The notes under the pieces: model-generated
The model's database searches: none
What the model was told of the DNA's origin: nothing
Seen by the model: the letters and a program-made list of their open reading frames with translations, nothing else
Part shown: piece by piece, positions 25,377 to 37,800 of the stretch
Layout: each line of letters starts with the position of its first letter
Position numbering within the stretch: position 1 is the first letter of the stretch
Assembly: GCF_031769215.1 (NCBI RefSeq)
Contig: NW_026782486.1
Coordinates: forward strand, 1-64,000
Origin: Ylistrum balloti
Taxonomy: Eukaryota
Length of the DNA: 64,000 bases
Reading direction: 5' to 3'
Translations under genes and position numbers: made by a program

Positions 25377-26963
25377 ATGATGTCCCTAAGGACAGAGGTA
25401 CTTGCAGCATACAAACGTGCCCTGAGACTGGCTTATGGCTGGGGCAAGTACGCTTCACAACCTGAAGATGTTTTGATGGAAAAGAAGTATATTCTAAACG
25501 AAGCTAAACAATTGTTTCGAAAAAACAGAAATGTAAGTTTGCTAATTAACTTCTATCAAGAGATGTAATATAATGAGGCTGTTAGAAAGTTTGTATTCAA
25601 TATGATGACATCCTACTTTGGTTCATGCTCTCAGGGTGAACACATCAAAGGTTAAACTTACTTTCTTACCACCAGCACATCCTCCATATTGTCATCCAGC
25701 CTTAAACGTTCAGTCACTTGCTCTTCCGTGGAAGTTGGTAAAGTTTGCCAGTACCTGTGTTATACCTTATCATTATTGACGTTAACATCTACATGATAGT
25801 ATGCTTTAAGGATTGACAATGTCTTTATCTTGTATACCATTCTGTGTTTAAAAATAGAGCAAGAAGTAATGGTATTGTTGAATGGAATTTTCCCAGTTCT
25901 TGTTACAAGTAATCATGTGATCAAATGCAAGAATGTACTTAACTGGTGTCATTACTACACAGTGGTTTGTGATAGAGACCTTATATCTGTTGTTCTGATT
26001 CATCTGATAGTCAATAGTCGTTAAATTGTGTTTTAGATTTCAGATGAGGAGACCATTCGAAATCACATCAAAGAAGCTGAAACAAGAATAGAAATGGGTA
26101 GGTATATTACTAAGAATGGCTGTTGAATTTTTCAGGAACAGATGTGTTCAGTTTGTAGATGGTTGGGTATAAAATTTACACCTGTACATTGTCAGGAACA
26201 GACATGTTCAGTGTGTAGAGGGTTGGGTATAAAATATACACTTGCATTTTGTCGGGTACATATATAATTAGTTTGTAGAAGAGCGCATATAAATTTTACA
26301 CCTGTATCTTGTCAAGTATATATGTGTTCAGTTTTAAGAGGGTTGTGTATAAAAGCTACACCTGTACATTCCGCTTGAAAATTTTATGTTAAGTGATTTC
26401 ACTCTAGTATCTCTATGTAAATGTTCTTCATTTGTCAAACTTTGTAATGACTTTTATTTTACAGCCATTCATTACAAGACACCTTACCCAAGGCCAGTAA
26501 GTTGTTCTTGTTCCTTTTTCATTGAGGTTCCAAAGCAAAAGTAAAAAGGTCATACAGGGTCACACAGAAGTCTTCTCAATCCATATATAGTCGTAATACA
26601 CACACATTTGTCTTAAAAATGTATCAAAATGATTCTATAAAGAAAGCCACAAATTATAATCTCTTAACAATACATCACGAAAATAAAGTAACGCAGGGCC
26701 ACACCGTAGTCCAGTATCACAGTTAAACAATATTGGTTACTTACTTCAGTCCATCAAGACACCTGAAGGTGAATAATATCACTAAAGCTATCCTGAAGTT
26801 TAGATTATACAAGTGATAAATTTGATGATGTTTACTGTTTCAGGTGAACATACCTCAGAGTGTCCTGCCACCATTAAGTGCTAAGTTAAAGAAAGGCCAA
26901 CGGAGGGCTATCAAACAATCCAAACCTATTTACCTCAAGTCTTACGATGACATTGAAACATGA
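25377..26963 (+). CDS. LYRM1: LYR motif-containing protein 1; join(25377-25532, 26037-26097, 26465-26496, 26844-26963), 122 aa
   Basis: GT-AG introns with consistent phases. Protein MMSLRTEVLAAYKRALRLA...ILNEAKQLFRKNRNISDEETIRNHIKEAETRIEMAIHYKTPYPRPVNIP...SKPIYLKSYDDIET has an LYR-type motif (AYKRALR) plus the HYxxPYPRP and SKPxYLxS motifs of LYRM1. AATAAA at 27160. Confidence 0.93.
26130..26375. repeat. Degenerate ~61-bp tandem repeat x4 (LYRM1 intron)
   Basis: TCAGGAACAGA..GTTCAGT..GGTTGGGTATAAAA..TACACCTGTA recurs. Confidence 0.75.
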
Positions 26964-28323
26964 CCATGTGATCAATTTATTTACGTTGACCTCCCTTATG
27001 TAAAGGGATTCTTCACACTGTACATGTCACAGATGTAAGCTCATTATGTATTATGTTACATACATTCACTTGAGTTGAACTACTTGTGAATAATGTTGGA
27101 TGCGTAGTGTGATCTATGACATATCACAATATAAAATTTTGCCATGGAATGCTTATCATAATAAATGTGTCATCAGATGCGAAGTAAGCATTAACTGATT
27201 TTTTATAGATCAACATAATATGACATGTTAGCAAACTGAGTGTTGTTTGTAAGATTTTAATTAAGTTGATGTTATAATTAAACATACACTTTCTGTATAG
27301 CATTCTAGTCATACAAGACAAACTTAAGTATACTGTACAATACATGTATCATGTATGTGTTTTGTACACTGTACAATACAGTGTAGACATGTATGTGTTT
27401 TGTACACTGTACAATACAGTGTAGACATGTAGATAAGAGCTATTGTCTACTTTTTCTGGGTCATTAAATCTGTTTGAAATCAATTTTGTTATTTGTTTTG
27501 ACACAAAATGTATCTTTATATGTAGATTTAATATTCCAGACAAAAGTCTGTAGATATCTAAATTTATCTGGAAAAGTTAATGAGCCATAATATGGCATCA
27601 CCCTTTCCTTAGATTGTCAGTGGTAAGAAAAGGAACATCTATTACAGATTTAGTGCTGTCTACCACTCCTAGGGTAGAAGCTGTAGGAGATTAAGATGCT
27701 TCCTTGGAAATACCAATGGCAAATTGGAAAAAGTGGGGGGTGGGGGTGGGGGGCTTATTTGCGGTGAAATACGGTATTGAACCTGGGTTGTTGTTGTCTC
27801 TGGGGTCAAAGACTTTGTGAAGAAGGAAGTAGTGTAGAAAATGAGAGTAAAGGTCGCCTTTCTACCCTTGGAATTTCCCTATACATGTAGTCGAGCAGTA
27901 TAGTGTCCAAAGGGTCGCTAGATGGAACCCCAGTGGTGGCAGGGTGTTTTTCTTTGCTCCTTCCTATTAGATGTGTAGAGGTTTAGCTAAGGCATGATAT
28001 AGCTGCTACACTGAGGTGTTTAAAATAACACCATTACAGGGCGTGACAGTCTGATTTCAAGATTACATCATCAGGATGGGGATAGACATTGAATCCTTGG
28101 ATTTAATTAAGGAGAGCATTTTTTATGACACATTGGTCTACAAAATGATTAACAATATCACAATACTTGTTTGATGTTCTAAACGTCAGAGAGTCTTGGA
28201 CTCAACGCCTTCAAATATTCTGCCATACTACAGACTATACTATGGTAAGATAAATGTCTAGAACGGTAGCCAATGCAATAGGGAGTGGATGGCTTTTTAA
28301 TGCTCAGTAGGCAAACATCATCA

Positions 28324-29140
28324 TTTTTAGTTCACCTTGTCCGAAGGACCAGTGCATCTGTCATCAGTCTGTCATCCAGCATTTTTTTTCATGAAAATTG
28401 CTACTTGGCATGAACAACTGAATGGATTTTGATCAAATTTGGTCTGAAGCAATTTTAGGAAAAGGGGAACAAAGTTTGTACAAAGAGTGGTACTCGGGTC
28501 CCAAGGGTCTGAGGAGCAGGACCCAGAAGGGGAAATTAGGCTAGTTTTTTAAAGTCCTTCTTCTTCTGCAGGAATGATTCAGTTTTGTCTTTATAGGTGT
28601 GAGGTATCCTTAGGTGAAGGGGAATTAATTTTGTATTAACAGTGTCTCTGCCTCCTTAGTCAGAAGTAGCAGGGCCATTTTGGGAAAATAAGATAATTCT
28701 GTAAAATCCTTTTTTTTTTCAGCAAAATGCTTGAATTTTGTCTCAATTTGGTCTAAGGCATCCTTGAGTAAAGTGTGAATCAATGATATATAAATTATCT
28801 GAAGCATCCCTGTGTGAAGGGGAATTACGTTTCAGTCTCCTGGGGCAGGAGGTGCTTGGGTGGGAGTGAGATGCCCAACGAAGGAAATAGAGCGGATTTT
28901 TTTGTAGAAATGCTAGGATTCTGTCCCACTATGGTCTATAGCATCCTTGGGTAAAGAAAAAAACCAATTTTGTATATAAGTGGAGGGTCTCTGCTTCTGA
29001 AGTTGGAAGAGAAGGGCCCAATATGGGAAATGGAGCAAATTCTTTAAAATCAAAAAAGGTCCTATGGGCACTTTTTGTATCTTCTTACCAGGCACATATA
29101 TGCCTTAAGTGTTCCTGTGTTGTCAGGACATATCCTATAT
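28324..29140 (+). mobile_element. HINE-like interspersed repeat (different family)
   Basis: Begins TTTTAGTTCACCTTGTCCGAAGG, followed by a CTGTC microsatellite and repeated AAGGGGAA/CAATTTTG modules. Similar AT-rich GTGACCTTGA-type relics occur near 11660-12320, 15530-16140, 36600-37300 and 57000-57420. Confidence 0.4.
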
Positions 29141-30219
29141 GCCTATAGGCAATGAGGGATCAAATCAATATGAAGGTGCTGGAATCTGGTAACTTCTACA
29201 CATCTCATATTAAAGATTATTACATTATATGGTGTAGAATCTATACGCATCTCCTGAATCTGACCAGTGAATTCCTCTGTTTTTGCCTGTTCGTTGTATA
29301 GAATCTAGAGGTATATCTAGGCAGTGTCTGCATCTTCTACATAAAGTTGGTCATATCATTACCTCCCACTTCAAGGCATGGGGTAGCTGGAGGTTAGCGA
29401 GTGTTGTAATGGCAGGCGATTTGGCAGTAGATAGATAGAGAAAGGGTCAGGGTTGGAGATTGGGTGGACAGTTAGGGTTGGCCTTGTGGTAGTGTTGCAG
29501 AAGATTCAGCATACATCAGGATCCAGACAGGTTGGAAATATGGCGGGTGTTGGAGGGGGCTAGAGATTTGGAAGGTGTTGTGTTGGTTTGAATATTTGAT
29601 GGGCGATGGAGGGAGAAGGGCAGACTGGATATTTGGTGGGCAGTGGAAGGGGAAGATGCAGGGCTGGATATTTCATGTGCAGTGGGGAGGGGTTAGATAT
29701 TTGGTAGAGGAGGGAGAGCTGGATATTTGTTGGTTGTTGCGGTTGAGTTAGATATTTGGTGGGTGGTCAAAGATGTTTGGCAGGCCTTCTAAGATGGCTT
29801 GAGATTTAGGAAGATGTGAAGGCGTTATAGACATTTGGTGGGAGGTTTAGTAGCTAGTTATATGTAGCGGTTTTTTTTGTTTTTTGTTTTTGTTTTTGTT
29901 TTTTTGTTGTTGTTATATAATAATAATAATTGAATAAGTGCTTCCCGAATTTATAAAGGAAAAACAGTCGCTTTATACAGGAAGGTAATGGTATAGACGA
30001 CACGCTACTCTGACCATAGCTCTTACGATATCAATGCAAATGTGTACTTTCATTTTAATATTTACGATTACCCTTCTTTGGCCTCTCTGACAAGGGTCAA
30101 GGATTCTCTGCAGTCGTTAGCGACACACTGGAGTCGTGCATCGCTTGTGCCTCTGCTATCAGTACTGCTGTTTGTTTCCGATATCGATACAGCCACCCAT
30201 CGACACGTACACGACTTGT

Positions 30220-30320
30220 TCTAGTACGTCAATGAGAGGATTTATTTTATATAAAAGCTGAACAGTAGGATTGTCGCGTGAGATCTGCCGGCTTGAAAAC
30301 GTACGACCTGTTCAGTAAGT
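30220..30320 (+). promoter_or_regulatory. Candidate TATA promoter and non-coding first exon of the SDR gene
   Basis: TATAAAAG at 30250-30257, a CRE-like TACGTCA just upstream, and a strong donor TTCA|GTAAGT (GT at 30315). The SDR ATG exon has an acceptor at 31842, so an upstream UTR exon is needed. Confidence 0.5.
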
Positions 30321-31029
30321 ATATCAACGACCAAAGTCGAGAGCTGTCTACTAGGTCTGTATCTATTCTCACTTCATATTTCATGCATTCTGTTTGTACT
30401 GTTTGTACAAATAAACCTTTATTATGATGCTCACAACAGTTACTGCAAATTTGTAGATCAGATAGTTTCTAAAAGGGGCACACGGCGGGGAAGTATATTG
30501 GATGACTAATATAACTAATCAATATAATTTTACGTCAATTTATGTAATTAAGGTTCTCCGCTCAAATCAGTGTTATAAATTTTTACAAGTGTTGCTGTCT
30601 AAGCAAACAGGAATTGCAATGTAGGCCGAACGACTTTTAATTCAGAGATTCATCAACAATATATTGGCGTGTTTCATGAACAAGTCTACAGTACATGAAT
30701 TTCTGCACGTTTGTAATTAAGGTACAGTAGATTACATCATTGCGGATTCTTTGAAAAATTAATTAAATTTTGTGAAAGACAAGTAACTGATTTCACTCAA
30801 TATTGTATTTAAATTCAGGTTTAATGCTGTGAACATAGAATATCTTTTAGCAATAAGAAATTAGTGGTAAACAAAAAAAATTAAAAGGTGGGAGGTTGGA
30901 GCGGGGGTTGGTTGGATCTTGCATGTATAATGTGAAGTCGTAGCAAATGAGAGAAGTCACCTGTTTGCTAAAGTGATATAACCAATTCATTGATGTGATA
31001 TCGCCAATTAAATGCAGTACTTTATTGAT

Positions 31030-31590
31030 ATTACCAATACATTATAGTGACATCACCAATACATTATAGTGACATCACCTATTCATTATAGTGACATCAC
31101 TAATTCATTATAGTGACATCACCTATTCATTATAGTGACATCACCTATTCATTATAGTGATATCACCGATTTATTATAGTGTTACCACCAATTTATTATA
31201 GTGACATCACCTATTCATTATAGTGACATCACTAATTCATTATAGTGACATCACCTATTCAGTATAGTGACATTACCAATTCATTATAGTGATATCACCT
31301 ATTCATTATAGTGACATCACCTATTCATTATAGTGACATCACCAATTCATTATAGTGTTATCACCTATTCATTATAGTGACATCACCAATTCATAATAGT
31401 GACATCACCTATTCATTATAGTAACATCACTAATTCATTATAGTGACATCACCTATTCATTATAGTGACATCACCAAGTCATTATAGTGACATTTCCAAT
31501 TCATTATAGTGAGATCACCTATTCATTATAGTGACATCACCTATTCATTATAGTGATATCACTAATTCATTGTAGTGATATCAGCAAATG
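31030..31590. repeat. Minisatellite, 22-bp unit ATTCATTATAGTGACATCACCT, ~25 copies (SDR intron 1)
   Basis: Directly visible. Confidence 0.97.
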
Positions 31591-31844
31591 ATTGTGTATC
31601 ACTAAAATTAATTGATGGTATCATTGTGATAGTTGGGTGGTATTATCACCTGATCATTTCTGTGATATCACTTACTCATTGAAAAGTAAAACTTCCCCAC
31701 CCATTCCCCATATATCTATAGCTGTCCAATAATTGATCTCCTTAACTCAAAGTGTTCTCAAAATACTAAGCTGTGTTTACAAAAGATATGTTTTTACTAT
31801 GATAATGCCTAATCAGTGTGATATGGTAATGTTTTGTTGTAGTC

Positions 31845-34800
31845 ATGACGATGTTCTTTAGTAATACGAGTGTGAAGCAGTTTTTGGGTCTGCACCTGTT
31901 TGAAGTTGGCTACCTTGGAGTGTTGGCAGTCCTGCCTTTCCTGGTGGCTATCCCTGCGATAGGATTGACTATTCTAGCAGTACTAGCCTTCCTCAGCTTT
32001 AGTTCTATATGGAGGATGCTTACCTTTCGATGGGTATCTAATCCAGACAGAAGGTCGGTGTTCATCACAGGCTGCGACACAGGTAGTACCCAGCTTCAGA
32101 GGACTTTGATTCTGTCCAAAATGTTTATCTAGTAATCGATTATTTCTATAAATGATCAGTTTGTATGGAGAATATTGTTACCTCATTATGGTATGATTTA
32201 TTGTATTTGTGTAACTGTTCTCAGTAGATATACAGGTCATTTCCAGCCAGACAATACTAGATGCTATATCACAAATATACGCTATTAAGTAATACAAGAA
32301 CACGGTATAGGCTAGTGTCCTGTAACATCTAAAATAAAAAATCTTGTTTGTTTTAATTGTCTGAGCCGTTAAGTGTACTTCCACAGTTCCTTTTGAGGTA
32401 CAGAATTATTTACTTAGGGATTGGAGGATTGTGAATAGACTGATTTTATTTTGCTTTAAATGATAAATACCAAAGTTTTTGTTTAAACAGGGTTTGGCCA
32501 TGCTTTGGCAAAGCGTATGTCTTCTCTGGGGATGACTGTGTATGCTGGCTGTCTAAACCCAGAGGGAGAAGGTGCCAAACTTCTTAAAACAGCAACTTCT
32601 AGTGAAAACATACACGTCATCCCTCTCGATGTCACTTCAGAAGAATCAGTGATGAGTGCTGTTGATGTTGTGAAAAAGAAAACAAAAGATGAAGGTAAGA
32701 TGCATCTAATTTACAAATCTGTGTTAAGTGGTCACATAACTCTCATCCACAAGTTAAAAAGTTTATGACTTTTTGATGAACACAGTTTCCAAATTAATTC
32801 TGCTGATCTTATAAACATCTGACATTGCTGATACAACTTTCCTCAGGTGTTTGGGCACTGGTGAACAATGCTGGGGTCAGCTGTCTGGTGGATGTAGAGT
32901 TCTGTTCCATGGATACATACAGGAAGGTTACTGAGGTCAACTTACTAGGGACTGTTCTTGTTACCAAAGCTTTTCTTCCCCACATCAGGAAATGTCAAGG
33001 TGAGAAATTCCACTGGTAGTCCATGTTCTGTTAAAGGTTTTAACAGCAAACATAGTAAAGGAGTTCTGGAAAATAGATTCAAGAACAGATCAGAACTTGT
33101 GAAGTGATGCACACATGTTTTATTGGTGGAACAAATGTACGTGATACTTTATAGATAGAACCAGAAGGAGTTTGTTTATGGTAGAACAATGTGATATGTT
33201 CTATACCAGAACACTTCAAAGTTTCAAATCTTACCTTCTAGTTATACTGCAGAGGTAGAAACTTCCGAGTTATACTGTAGAGGCGGAAACTTCCGAGTTA
33301 TACTGCAGAGGCGGAAACTTCCGAGTTATACTGCAGAGGCGGAAACTTCCGAGTTATACTGCAGAGGCAGAAACTTACTGGGTATATAATGGTCAGAAGC
33401 AGTGTTACGTTTCATTGAGAATTCAATTGTAACATGACAATATTCATACGGTATTAAGCTCACCAGCAATTTTTTGTTGTTAAGAGATTGTGTTTAATTT
33501 GATATAGGGCGGGTGATCAATGTGACAAGTGCAGCGGTATGTTATCCCTATCACTCTGCGCATGCTATGACAAAGGCAGGATGTGATGCCTTCTCTAACA
33601 GCTTACGTAGAGAAATGCGAAAGTTTGGTGTCCGAGTAATTACTGTAGAACCAGGCAATTTTTACGGAGCCACTGGATTGCTAAACAAGTCCATAGTAAG
33701 TATAAGTAAACATATGCAACTCTTCTCTGTTAAGGTATACAGGTAAACACACTCAATTCTTCACTGTTAAAGTATACAGGTAAACACACTCAACTCTTCT
33801 CTGTTAAGGTATACAGGTAAACACACTCAACTCTTCACTGTTAAAGTATACAGGTAAACACACTCAACTCTTCACTGTTAAGGTATACAGGTAAACACAC
33901 TCAACTCTTCACTGTTAAGGTATACAGGTAAACACACTCAACTCTTCACTGTTAAGGTATACAGGTAAACACACTCAACTCTTCACTGTTAAGGTATACA
34001 GGTAAACACACTCAACTCTTCTCTGTTAAGGTATACAGGTAAACACACTCAACTCTTCACTGTTAAGGTATACAGGTAAACACACTCCACTCTGCACTGT
34101 TAAGGTATACAGGTAAACACACTCAATTCTTCACTGTTAAGGTATACAGGTAAACACACTCAATTCTTCACTGTTAAGGTATACAGGTAAACACACGCAA
34201 CTCTTCACTGTTAAGGTATACAGGTAAACACACTCAACTCTTCTCTGTTAAGGTATACAGGTAAACACACGCAACTCTTCACTGTTAAGGTATACAGGTA
34301 AACACACGCAACTCTTCACTGTTAAGGTATACAGGTAAACACACTCAACTCTTCTCTGTTAAGGTATACAGGTAAACACACGCAACTCTTCACTGTTAAG
34401 GTATACAGGTAAACACACTCAACTCTTCACTGTTAAGGTATACAGGTAAACACACGCAACTCTTCACTGTTAAGGTATACAGGTAAACACACTCAATTCT
34501 TCACTGTTAAGGTATACAGGTAAACACACGCAACTCTTCACTGTTAAGGTATACAGGTAAACACACTCAATTCTTCACTGTTAAGGTATACAGGTAAACA
34601 CACGCAACTCTTCACTGTTAAGGTATACAGGTAAACACACGCAACTCTTCACTGTTAAGGTATACAGGTAAACACACGCAACTCTTCACTGTTAAGGTAT
34701 ACAGGTAAACACACGCAACTCTTCACTGTTAAGGTATACAGGTAAACACACTCAATTCTTCACTGTTAAGGTATACAGGTAAACACACGCAACTCTTCAC

Positions 34801-37800
34801 TGTTAAGGTATACAGGTAAACACACGCAACTCTTCACTGTTAAGGTATACAGGTAAACACACGCAACTCTTCACTGTTAAGGTATACAGGTAAACACACT
34901 CAATTCTTCACTGTTAAGGTATACAGGTAAACACACTCAACTCTTCACTGTTAAGGTATACAGGTAAACACACGCAACTCTTCACTGTTAAGGTATACAG
35001 GTAAACACACTCAATTCTTCACTGTTAAGGTATACAGGTAAACACACGCAACTCTTCACTGTTAAGGTATACAGGTAAACACACGCAACTCTTCACTGTT
35101 AAGGTATACAGGTAAACACACTCAATTCTTCACTGTTAAGGTATACAGGTAAACACACTCAATTCTTCACTGTTAAGGTATACAGGTAAACACACGCAAC
35201 TCTTCACTGTTAAGGTATACAGGTAAACACACGCAACTCTTCACTGTTAAGGTATACAGGTAAACACACTCAATTCTTCACTGTTAAGGTATACAGGTAA
35301 ACACACGCAACTCTTCTCTGTTAAGGTATACAGGTAAACACACTCAACTCTTCACTGTTAAGGTATACAGGTAAACACACGCAACTCTTCACTGTTAAGG
35401 TATACAGGTAAACACACTCAATTTTTCACTGTTAAGGTATACAGGTAAACACACGCAACTCTTCACTGTTAAGGTATACAGGTAAACACACTCAATTCTT
35501 CACTGTTAAGGTATACAGGTAAACACACTTAACTCTTCACAGTTAAGATATACAGGTAAACACACGCAACTCTTCACTGTTAAGGTATACAGGTAAACAC
35601 ACTCAACTCTTCACAGTTAAGGTATACAGGTAAACACACGCAACTCTTCTCTGTTAAGGTATACAGGTAAACACACGCAACTCTTCTCTGTTAAGGTATA
35701 CAGGTAAACACACTTAACTCTTCACAGTTAAGGTATACAGGTAAACACACGCAACTCTTCTCTGTTAAGGTATACAGGTAAACACACTCAATTCTTCACT
35801 GTTAAGGTATACAGGTAAACACACTCAATTCTTCACTGTTAAGGTATACAGGTAAACACACGCAACTCTTCACTGTTAAGGTATACAGGTAAACACACGC
35901 AACTCTTCTCTGTTAAGGTATTCAGGTAAACACACTTAACTCTTCACAGTTAAGGTATACAGGTAAACACACGCAACTCTTCACTGTTAAGGTATACAGG
36001 TAAACACACTCAACTCTTCACTGTTAAGGTATACAGGTAAACACACGCAACTCTTCACTGTTAAGGTATACAGGTAAACACACTCAATTTTTCACTGTTA
36101 AGGTATACAGGTAAACACACGCAACTCTTCACTGTTAAGGTATACAGGTAAACACACTCAATTCTTCACTGTTAAGGTATACAGGTAAACACACTCAACT
36201 CTTCACTGTTAAGATGTACAGGTAAACACACTCAACTCTTCACTGTTAAGGTATACAGGTAAACACACTCAATTCTTCACTGTTAAGGTATACAGGTAAA
36301 CACACTCAATTCTTCACTGTTAAGGTATACAGGTAAACACACTCAATTCTTCACTGTTAAGGTATACACACTCGAAAAGATTTGGGGAGAAGGGAACTTG
36401 GTAAGGCTTGGGAGAAGGGAGCATGATTGGGTTTGGGAGAAGGGAGGATGGTTGGGTTTGGTAGAAGGAAACTTGGCTAGGTAAAGGAGAAGGGAACTTG
36501 GTTAGGTTCAGGAGAAGGGAACTCTGTAAAGATTGGGAGAAGGGACTTGGTTAGGAGAAGCCCTAAGTTTAAATTAGTCCCCCAACAGGCACCACAGAAT
36601 ACTTTTATTTTGTGTTGCGTACTTCTGTCCTTCTGCTATCGTATCTGGACCCTGTCTTCACACAACTATTCAAAAGAACAGATGGTGTCACTCTGACCTA
36701 CTTTATGACCTTTGATCTACATAAAAGAAAAATTTGTCTGAACCCTATCTTCTACAGTACCAATCACACAAATTTTATACTTGGGAAATGGGTTCATATT
36801 GGTAAGACAGTGTGTCATGTATGAAATGAAGGTCACTCTGACCTATATTTTGACCTTTGAGTTACATCAAAGAAAAGGTTTGTGTGGGCCCTATCTTCCA
36901 TACAACTAATCAAGGAAACTTATTGCTTTGGGATATGGGTTCACCTCAGTGAGAAAGTGTGTCATGTACCAAAAGTAGGTCAGTTTCACTGTTGTTAAGT
37001 TCTTGACCTACATCAAAGTAAAAGCTTGTTGTGATAATTTTGTGTCTATCTGTCCTTTCTTGCTCAAGTTCTACTTTATATACTACTTGTCACTGGTAAG
37101 TCATACTTGCTGCTTGCATTCCTCTTGTTGAGGCAGTGTGTCATGTATCAAAATTAGGTCATTGCGATCTCTATTTTGACCTTTGACTTACATCGAAGTT
37201 AAAAATATTCTGAGCTTTATCTCCTTCACTATTTGTCAGTTGGACTTCGTACTTGAGGTATGAGTTCACCCTGGTGTGGTGGTGTGTTGGTGTGTCATTG
37301 GGGGACTGTAATTCAAATTGTTCCTGTGGGTGATAGTCATGCAGAAGGACTTTTATTAAGTTTGGGAGACTAATCCTTGTTTTTGTCTTTTGGAAGATGT
37401 CCAGTCTAGAGAAGGAACACCAGCAGGTTTGGGAGAAGGCCCACCCTGAGGTGAAGACAACTTATGGAAAGAACTATTTTGCTGCTGTCCAGCAGTCCAT
37501 ATCTAAATTTTCTGCCACTAGCTGTAATTCTCTAGGACCAGTCGTGGACAAGTTAGAGGAGGCCATATTATCAACAAGGCCAGGATCATGTTACCTGGTG
37601 GACGGAAGCAGTCTGCTCTTTGATATACACAATGTAAGTATACACAAACTGTATATTAATTCTGTGTTGTGTATCAATTGTTATACTTCAATTTGTGTTG
37701 GTGTAATTCATTATTGTACTTTTTGTGTTGGTGTAATTCATTATTGTACTTTTTGTGTTGGTGTAATTCATTATTGTACTTTTTGTGTTGGTGTAATTCA

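Noticed and set aside
29380-29870. G-rich segment with recurring GATATTTGGTGG motifs (similar segment at 36370-36560)
   Set aside because: Decayed low-complexity repeats with no coding or structural signal I can support.
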